A stretch of 63,047 nucleotides of DNA, counting the filler, from Octopus bimaculoides (lineage: Eukaryota): NCBI RefSeq assembly GCF_001194135.2. It is 5 parts of 5 records of this genome, joined end to end, with 100 filler letters (N's around TTAATTAATTAA, not from the genome) between each part and the next. Parts side by side here need not be neighbours in the genome. Positions count along the whole stretch, not along the records: positions 34,587 to 55,675 come from NC_068995.1; positions 55,776 to 58,279 come from NC_068985.1; positions 58,380 to 63,047 come from NC_068982.1; 2 more parts are not named here. The stretch is one strand, 5' to 3'. The notes under the pieces were generated by a model, which made no database searches, was not told where the DNA came from, and was given only the letters and a program-made list of their open reading frames with translations. Each line of letters starts with the position of its first letter. Position 1 is the first letter of the stretch. Below are positions 53,967 to 63,047 of this stretch, in pieces. The position numbers were made by a program, and so were the translations under genes.

Positions 53967-54650
53967 GTACGATCATTCAAATCTAAACAGTATACACAAG
54001 CTCTGTAACAGACATTCTATCAAAATGTTTGAAGCCACTGGTAGTCTATACGAGCAAAAAAGTAATCAGTTTAACCAGCTGGAAGGATGGAAATCTTACA
54101 ACATATCCACCTCAAATATGTTAAACACATGTATTTGATGACATAGTATATGAGAAATATATAAACAAAATGGAAACGAAAGACGTAAGAGAATGCAGGT
54201 TCACGAATTTCCCCATTCACCAGAGAGAAAGGTTTGATAACACAATGGAAATTGTATCAGTTGTATGTTAGGCTTTCTGGAATGACTGTGAAGTGTTTTT
54301 ACTCTTCTTATTGCAACCAATAGCCAAACGATCCATTTGTGTCGTGAGTGTTTCACTATATTCTCACTAGATTATTGTAACAAGAATATAAAGGATTTAC
54401 GGTTGACAGAATCTTCCAGCATAGAGAAATAGACTCGGCTGCAAAGAGATGGCAAAATATTCAGACACTCATACTACATCCTATGCGATTCAGTAATGCA
54501 AGATGGGATGGTTCCAATATTACAAAGAAGATGGATACGTTGGCCACATCTTACCGCACAACCAACTTCCGGAGCAAACTGAGGATAACACAACAATAAC
54601 AAGTTAAAACTTGAAACGCGCGTGAAAATGACTATCCCGATATGCATACA

Positions 54651-54684
<34 letters not shown>

Positions 54685-54856
54685 CATAGACGTATGCATT
54701 CATATACACACACACACCAGCCAAATGACCTAGTTTCTACACAATGTGCATAAATGCATGCATACATGTTATTCTATCTGTAAATCTATCTATTTTTCTG
54801 TCTTCCTTGATTTGCATCTATCTCTCTATCTTTATATTATCTCCCTCCCTCCTATC

Positions 54857-54887
<31 letters not shown>

Positions 54888-55775
54888 TTCTATCTATCTA
54901 TCAATCTATCTAAATAACTGTGCATTTGGTTTTATTTGGTATTCTGTCTGCTTGTCCGTTTGGCTGACTGGCAGCTTGCAAATATAACTGTTGGCGCCAA
55001 TCTGTAGCGGATATGTGCTCACACATGTCTTCCGATGTGAAGAAAAATTGTGTTATTACATTCACGACTGCAACGGATTAATTAAGCTTGATTAAATTTA
55101 TAAATTAATATTCAAAAATGGAACATAATTAAAAGAGAAAGAGAAAAGGGAAAAACATATTGTGAAATAATTAAGCAAATTGCTCGATTTAAAAACATTT
55201 TCTTTCATAATTATAAAGATTATTCTAATTATCTTTTTTGTTACTGCATTTCAACGTTTTCTGCTTTTTGCTTCATTTATAAATTCATTTTTCGCTTTGT
55301 GTTTGAAATGCTAAACAGAAATATAATTGCATTTAAACAACAATAATATAATTCTATTCGTTCCTTTTTAACAAGAAAAGTGTGTTTTATTCTCTAAAAG
55401 AAAAATACTATCAGAGAGTAAGAAAGGATTCATCGCCGATTTCTACGATGACTGATTCATTTGTTCGATAAACACAAATAGCAATTACTGAATTTTCGTT
55501 TATTTGTCTAAGTATTCCAAAGATAGAGAGTTGATATAACTTTTTTCATATGAAAACTACAAGATAACTCAGTCGATTACGGAATTTATGAATGCAATCC
55601 GAATATTTATGCGTGTGCGCGTGTGTGTGAGTGTGCTCATGTATGAACGTCTGTATATATATATATATATATATANNNNNNNNNNNNNNNNNNNNNNNNN
55701 NNNNNNNNNNNNNNNNNNNTTAATTAATTAANNNNNNNNNNNNNNNNNNNNNNNNNNNNNNNNNNNNNNNNNNNN

Positions 55776-56098
55776 TCTTTGGAAGCCTAGTACTTATTCT
55801 ATTGGTCTCTTTTGCCGAACCGCTAAGTTACGGGGACATAAACACACCAGCATCGGTTGTCAAGCGATGTCGGGGGGACAAACACAGACACACAAACACA
55901 CACACACATATATATATATACATATACATATATACGACGGGCTTCTTTCAGTTTCTATCTACCAAATCCACTCACAAGGCTTTGGTCGGCCAGAGGCTAT
56001 AGTCGAAGACACTTGCCCAAGATGCCACGCAGTGGGACTGAACCCGGGACCATGGGGTTGGTAAGCAAGCTACTTACCACACAGCCACTCCTACGCCT
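55776..56098 (-). mobile_element. SINE family D, tail lost in gap
   Basis: Matches 4314-4740. Confidence 0.9.
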
Positions 56099-56479
56099 AT
56101 ATATATATATTTATTTATATTTATATTCTATATATATATTTACACGCACGCACAAATATGCTTAAGCATAAACATACTCACGCACACACGTACGCTCACA
56201 TACAATAATACACATGTGTGTATGTGTGTATGTGCATGTGTGTGTGTGTGCATGCGTGTTGTGTACGTGCGTCTATATCTGTATATACACATATTTACAG
56301 ATATACACGCGCGCGGGTATTGAAAATAAAATTGCCAGGTGCAGTGAGGCTGTAAATAAAGCCGTCATCACTATGTGATTCCAAAAGTCTTAGTTAAACA
56401 ACGACTACCCCACCATACACACACACACTCACACACACACACACACGCACACACACACACAAGTATGTTTCCCTAAATG

Positions 56480-56720
56480 CCAGTATGCCAATATATATCA
56501 AAGAAGGCCCGAATTTTTAGAGATGGCACGAACTTCCTGAGGCTGCTGTATTCCGATGATAGAGCGACTACAAAAATCTTACAAGTGATCTGTAGAAATG
56601 TACAGAACATGGAAATGGTGCATTCCGATCCATCTTCGGGGAATTTCTTGTCTGAGAATTGACCAACAGGCAGCAACGAGGGGTGCGCACTGGCTAACTT
56701 TTCCCGTCACCAATGTCGAC
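56480..56720 (+). mobile_element. Decayed RTE-type RT fragment
   Basis: TKILQVICRNVQNMEMV...TGSNEGCALA resembles RT 'P.KI...I...Y.....V...GV.QGC.LA'. Confidence 0.4.
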
Positions 56721-56727
56721 ATACATA

Positions 56728-56957
56728 CGGCGAGCTGGCAGAAACGTTAGCACACCGGGCGAAATGCTTAGCGATATTTCGTCTGCCCGCTACGTTCTGA
56801 GTTCAAATTCCGCCGAGGTCGACTTTGCCTTTCATCCTTTCGGGGTCGATTAAATAAGTACCAGTTACGCACTGGGGTCGATATAATCGATTTAATCCGT
56901 TTGTCTGTCCTTGTTTGTCCTCTCTGTGTGTAGCCCCTTGTGGGTAGTAAAGAAATA
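56728..56957 (+). mobile_element. SINE family C, long-tail subfamily
   Basis: Tail TTAATCCGTTTGTCTGTCCTTGTTT...TAGCCCCTTGTGGG; inverted copy at 61683-61800. Confidence 0.9.
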
Positions 56958-56976
56958 ACACACACGCATACATGCA

Positions 56977-57010
<34 letters not shown>

Positions 57011-57334
57011 CATACATGCATATATATGAATACACATGCACACGACGCACACACATGCGCACAAACAAACAAACAAAAAGAAAGCAGAATCGATAATGGA
57101 TAAAGTCAACGACTATTGAAGAGGTTGCAAGAAGTAACGAAAATTTTTGAAAAAGTAGATAACTAAATGAGTGGAAATCGAACCGGTGTGTTAATTAACA
57201 AAGCATTAAAGCAGGTCAACTCTCCCCAGACACAGTAAAATATGCTTCAACACACGAATTCATTTGGCCTCCTCCTCTATTTTTTCTCTCCCCTCGTTCT
57301 CGCCTCTACCACCTATGCAGCCACCACCACCACC

Positions 57335-57344
<10 letters not shown>

Positions 57345-57377
<33 letters not shown>

Positions 57378-57459
57378 TATACCAATGAGCTGTTATTATT
57401 ATTATTACTACTACTACTGCTACTACTCTATCCCAATGAGCTGTTGTTATTATTGTTAT

Positions 57460-57524
<65 letters not shown>

Positions 57525-57540
57525 TATACCAATGAGCTGT
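57345..57540. repeat. Three 19-bp units CTCTATMCCAATGAGCTGT spaced by (CTA/TTA)n
   Basis: Units 57375-57393, 57426-57444, 57522-57540. Confidence 0.9.
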
Positions 57541-57947
57541 CATATTTCTATAAAAGAAATATGGCGGTACAGCTCAAGCTGACTGAAAGCAGGCAAAGGA
57601 GAAATGGCGGGCTGTGGGTAGGAGGCAGCTTTTATAAACTTTATATTATCTTAACCCTTTCTTTTTATATAGTGGGGCTCGAGCTGGAAGCCAAATATCA
57701 ATAAACGCTTTCATAAATTACCCGTTGTTTAATATATATTTTTTTTTTATTAAGGACCATGATGACGGGGATTTAATGTTTATAAACCCTAAGATACATA
57801 TATAATCGTCTAGCCTTAAACCCTTCACTTTTTTTGAAAGCAACATATATCGTCGTGATCCCTTCACATTTTTAAGATTAGAGGAGTGGGAGACTGGTTG
57901 GAGGGAGTTATAAGACCTTAGACGTTGATTCCTCCATTTTTTGTTCT

Positions 57948-57969
<22 letters not shown>

Positions 57970-57979
<10 letters not shown>

Positions 57980-58279
57980 TAGTTTTATTTTTATAACGTG
58001 CTTTCACTTCACTAACGAGCGCAGCTCTGTGCGCCTTGGGTATGTGCTGTGGTTTGCTGTGGTGCTCTTATGTTTACTGTATTGAAAGTGTTTTGCGTAG
58101 GATGTGTGCAGTACCCAGTAGTGCAATTTTCTGTATGTTATATATATTTGTAAGTCCTGCTATTTTTGTTATGTATTTGTCTGAATATTTTTTTATTATA
58201 CCTAAGGCACCTACTATGATAGGAATTGTTTCTGTTTTTAGATTCCACATTCGAGTTATCTCTATTTCCAGGTCTTTGT
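57970..58279 (-). mobile_element. R4/Dong-type 3' end, family 2, second copy
   Basis: Near-identical to 25748-26060; (TAA)n tail; runs into a gap. Confidence 0.9.
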
Positions 58280-59998
58280 NNNNNNNNNNNNNNNNNNNNN
58301 NNNNNNNNNNNNNNNNNNNNNNNTTAATTAATTAANNNNNNNNNNNNNNNNNNNNNNNNNNNNNNNNNNNNNNNNNNNNTATATATATATATAAACCTAC
58401 GTATGTATGTATGTATGTATGTATGTGTTATGGTTTAATAACATAACCTTATACCTTTGTGAGAGACCACCTTAAAAACGTTAAAACGTTTCCGTTAATT
58501 TCTTTTCGGTCGACACAAAATTTCTAGTTATCTCATCATCGATTCGACCGTCTCGAATAATACCTCATTAAAATCTTCTTCTTCTTCTTCTTATTATTAT
58601 TATTATTATCATTATTTTAACTTTCTAATTGCTTTTATCCTAATTAATGTCGCTGCCGCCGCTCCTAACCACGCCATATTTACTTCTAAGAAGTATATAT
58701 TTAAAAAAAAAATCACTTCATCTTTACTTCGCTGTAGGCATTGCACCAACTTTACACCTAATTGAAATTTCAAATATATATTTTTTTTATTCCTAAAACA
58801 TGAGAAACCGACTGAATGCAAAACGATGTAACTTGGAGGTTGCTCAGTGAGAAGCGCCACAGTTCTAAAACGTGGTCGGAACATTTAAAATATCTTCCAA
58901 ATTCCTTTTGATTTTAATTTTTCTTTCTTTTTTTTTTACGTTTCCTTTTGCTTGTAAATTCTATTTTTGCTTTTGCTCTGTGAGTAAGAATTTTTATTTA
59001 TTTATTTTTAGCCTTCAAAGATTTCTAGGTATTGTTATTTATTAAAGACAAACAACAAAGGCGAAATAGAAGATTATCTTCGCCGCCATTTTTCTTTTTC
59101 GTTTCATTTCTTTTTTCTTTTTTGTTCTTCAGTAGAAAGCTACAATAGAATATAGTAAAATTAGATAAGGTTGCACTTACGAGAAACTCGGCTTGTTTAA
59201 GATCTCATCGGTAAACAACAAAACGGACAATTTAATTAACACTAAGATACTTTCCCTTCTATCAGTCCTTACGATCCTTTGTGAAATAATGGAATTAAAA
59301 ATTTTCCTCTAAAAAAAACAAAATGGAAGAAATAGCTCTTTTTCTCACTCTCTCTCNNNNNNNNNNNNNNNNNNNNNNNNNNNNNNNNNNNNNNNNNNNN
59401 NNNNNNNNNNNNNNNNNNNNNNNNNNNNNNNNNNNNNNNNNNNNNNNNNNNNNNNNNNNNNNNNNNNNNNNNNNNNNNNNNNNNNNNNNNNNNNNNNNNN
59501 NNNNNNNNNNNNNNNNNNNNNNNNNNNNNNNNNNNNNNNNNNNNNNNNNNNNNNNNNNNNNNNNNNNNNNNNNNNNNNNNNNNNNNNNNNNNNNNNNNNN
59601 NNNNNNNNNNNNNNNNNNNNNNNNNNNNNNNNNNNNNNNNNNNNNNNNNNNNNNNNNNNNNNNNNNNNNNNNNNNNNNNNNNNNNNNNNNNNNNNNNNNN
59701 NNNNNNNNNNNNNNNNNNNNNNNNNNNNNNNNNNNNNNNNNNNNNNNNNNNNNNNNNNNNNNNNNNNNNNNNNNNNNNNNNNNNNNNNNNNNNNNNNNNN
59801 NNNNNNNNNNNNNNNNNNNNNNNNNNNNNNNNNNNNNNNNNNNNNNNNNNNNNNNNNNNNNNNNNNNNNNNNNNNNNNNNNNNNNNNNNNNNNNNNNNNN
59901 NNNNNNNNNNNNNNNNNNNNNNNNNNNNNNNNNNNNNNNNNNNNNNNNNNNNNNNNNNNNNNNNNNNNNNNNNNNNNNNNNNNNNNNNNNNNNNNNNN

Positions 59999-60051
<53 letters not shown>

Positions 60052-60056
<5 letters not shown>

Positions 60057-60357
60057 ACGCATGGCTCAGCGGGCAAGTTCACAATGATGAGATAGTAAGT
60101 TCGATTCCCAGACCTGATTTCATGTTGTATTCTTGAGCAAGACATTTTATTTCTCATTGCTCCAGTTTACTCAGCTGCAGAAATGAGTTGCTACGTCACT
60201 GGTGCCAAGCTGTATCGGCATTTGCCTTTCCCTTGGATAACATCAGTGGTGTGTAGAGGGGATGCTGGTATGCATGGGCGACTGCTGGTCTTCTATAGAC
60301 AACCTTGCCCGGACTTGTGCCTCGGAGAACTTTCTAGGTGCAATCTCATGGTCTTTA
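60052..60357 (+). mobile_element. SINE family B
   Basis: Matches 18594-18928. Confidence 0.88.
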
Positions 60358-60620
60358 TCCTTTGTATATGTATATACATAGAGGGTCTTTGCCCTTTATA
60401 TATGTATATATCTATATCTATATCTACAGTAGCGGCCATAATATAAGGGTCAGTAAGAACAAGTGTATTGAAATAGTTATTATAGAAGATTAACAAAACG
60501 TTGAGACTAGATATTTTACTCATATTTAGATTATATCTAATATCTATCTTTCGTGAAAATGTCAAGTGAATGGAATTAATATTTCGTAAGTTATGAGGAA
60601 ATTAACAAATAATCTTCCAA

Positions 60621-61080
60621 ACTGCAACGGCCAAAAGTTAAGGGTCTCTTAGAAACACAATGAAAAATAGTACAAGAACAAAAATGAAACCCTTATTATC
60701 AATATTTTGTGAACATCCTTCTACTATTAATGACCTCCTGAGATCTGTTACCACAGGACCGAATTCATTTCTTGCAAAATGATGGAGTAATATTGTTGCA
60801 TTCGTTTTTCAATAATTCCCAGAGTTCATCTTGGTTCTTTGGATCTTTCCTTCACGCTCCATCTTCAATAATTTTCCAAACGTTTTTTATAAGGTTGATA
60901 TCGGAACTTTGATGTGACCAGTCCATGAGACTGGTCACCCTTTTCATCATTCAAAAAATCTTTGACTCTCTTCGTAGTATGACAGGGAGCGTTGTCCTGC
61001 ACGAAGATAGGAGGTTGAACTGACGAGGATCGGCGATGTGGAAGGGCATGCTGTCTAAGAATCTGCTTCTATTCAGGTAA
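60621..61080 (-). mobile_element. Tc1-like transposase 3' remnant with probable TIR
   Basis: Minus frame IFVQDNAPCHTTKRVKDFL, then frameshifted DW..QSSDINLIKNVW; terminus ACTGCAACGGCCAAAAGTT. Confidence 0.75.
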
Positions 61081-61494
61081 AAACAGTTTATCGTGCTTTC
61101 AAAACTGTGTTAGGCCCAAATTCGCACAAAGGAGGCGGGGTGATCTTTAAAGACATTTGCTGGCAGGTAGTGTGGTTTACATAGCACCAAAGACTATCCG
61201 CATAATATATACTGTGCGGATATCCTCTTAAAGTACATCTGCTTATTCCAGTACTCCAAAGTTCTATGAAGATGTTAAATTTGTGTGAGGTATGCATAAA
61301 CGTTGAGAAATACTGGAAAATACTTTTTGTAGACTAATTACAAATGAAAACAGGAATTTGGAAAAAAGTTTTTATATTATCTCTGCACCATTACATGTGT
61401 TTCGTTTCCTAATGGGAGTTACAAAATTGGAAGCGCAGGAGAAACATGTGATATGTCTCCTATTAGAAATTCTTCGAACAGAGAATCAAATAAT

Positions 61495-62070
61495 ATTGAT
61501 TTCAAAGTTTGGCACAAGGCTAGCAATTTTGGGGGAAGGATAAGTCGGTGAAATCGTCCCCAGTGTACAACTGGCACTTATTTTTATCGACGCTGAAAGG
61601 ATGAAAGGCAAAGTCGACCACGGTGGAATTTTAACTCAGAACGGACGAAATATTGGCAAACATTTCGGCCGGCGTGCTAATGTTTCTTATTTCTTTACTG
61701 CCCACAAGGGGCTACACACAGAGGGGAAAAAACAAGGACAGACAAACGGATTAAGTCGATTATATCGACCCCAGTGCATAACTGGTACTTATTTAATTGC
61801 CCGGCGTGCTAATGTTTCTGCCAACTCGCCGCCTTCGAGATAATCAAATAATCGTTTCTACTATAAGCACAAGGCCTGAAATTTTTTTTTTGGTGGGGGA
61901 TAGTTGATTACATCGACTCCAGTGTGTAACTAGTACTTAATTTATCGACCCCGATAGGATGAAAGGCAAAGTCGACCTCAGCGGAATTTGAACTCTGAAC
62001 ATAGCGGCAAACGATATACCGCTAACCATTTCGCCTTGCATGCAAACGATTCTGCCAGCTCGCCACCTTG
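61495..62070 (-). mobile_element. Three tandem SINE family C copies/fragments
   Basis: 61495-61682, 61683-61835, 61850-62070. Confidence 0.85.
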
Positions 62071-62155
62071 AGAGAGAATCAAACAATGTTAACAAATGAA
62101 GCACGTGTAATCGTGAAGAAATAATATCGAAAGTTATTACCAAACTCCTGTATTG

Positions 62156-62190
<35 letters not shown>

Positions 62191-62204
62191 TGTGTGCGTA
62201 ATAA

Positions 62205-62400
62205 ATATATAACAAAAGACGATGACAGGTGTAGGAACAGCAAGCAGGTATATTAGTTTAACGCTAAGGGAAAATGGAAAATTGTTTGATGTTTCGACTC
62301 TACACTCTTCGACAGAAAGGATTGAGGGGTGGAGGAATGAAGAAAGAACGAATAAAAAAACACACAAAAAAAGAACTGAGAGCGAAAAATATAGGGCAAT
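62205..62400 (-). mobile_element. Diverged copy of the PLE-like terminal repeat
   Basis: Minus strand CTTT-CTGTCGA-A-GAGTGTAGAGTC-GAAACATC. Confidence 0.6.
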
Positions 62401-62514
62401 TTTAATACGTATTTTGATTAACATACAGCAGCTATTGTGGCTACATATCGATTGTAATAACGGAATAAGCAGATGTGCTTTAAGAGGAAACAGCTGGGAT
62501 TTATCATGGTTCTA

Positions 62515-62652
62515 CTACAGGCACAAGGACTGAAATTCGATGGAGGAGATAAGTCAATTACATCAACCCAGTGCTCAACTGGTACTTATTTTATCGACAG
62601 CCAAAGGATGAAAGGCAAAGTCGACCTCGGCGGCATTTGAACTAAGAACGTA
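62515..62652 (-). mobile_element. SINE family C, head lost in gap
   Basis: Core match. Confidence 0.8.
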
Positions 62653-63047
62653 NNNNNNNNNNATATATAAAATATAGTAATGCCCTTTTTTATATATATA
62701 TAAACGAATAATTATACATATAATGTAGGTAGTTAGGGTAAATCCACGTGAAGCAGAAGCATAGCTGCTTATTCCATTATTACAATCGATATGTCACCAC
62801 AGTAGCTACTGCATGTTTAGTCAAAATACATATCAAAATTGAGAATAGTGGAAATACTACTTGCAAAGTTGTTGTGTGAGAAATATAAATGCTTCATCCA
62901 CGTGTGATTTTTCTATTATGAATTTTCTGACTGATAAATTTCTAATAAGAAATTCCTTAAACGTCTAATTTTTTATTAGCAAATGAAACATGTGTATAAT
63001 AAACAGTACCAAAAGTTTCCACTTTCCAGTTCTGTTACATATATACA

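Noticed and set aside
57375-57540. CRISPR-like repeat-spacer pattern
   Set aside because: Spacers are simple trinucleotide repeats; eukaryotic context; no cas genes

Overview
This 63 kb window is AT-rich, gap-ridden animal genomic DNA packed with microsatellites and transposon debris. The SINE families and repeat landscape suggest a coleoid cephalopod, probably Octopus (inference). No intact host gene, true tRNA/rRNA gene or CRISPR array is supported. Contents: at least four tRNA-derived SINE families (about 40 copies or fragments; A-E are my own labels), a near full-length decayed Tc1-like element with a DD36E triad, maT, mariner and Tc1 fragments, a Helitron Rep fragment, RTE and Penelope-like (PLE) remnants, R4/Dong 3' ends embedded in (TAA)n, a hAT-type MITE, and an unclassified 2 kb element with ~180 bp terminal inverted repeats. 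The strongest unexpected signal is about ten type I hammerhead ribozyme (HHR) motifs in several unrelated short repeats. Two have canonical cores, and one four-copy family carries a non-canonical CUGUUGA core. Some lie in co-oriented pairs 170-250 nt apart or in tandem units, resembling a PLE/retrozyme-like self-cleaving RNA system. Helices and translations were worked out by eye, and repeat boundaries are approximate.
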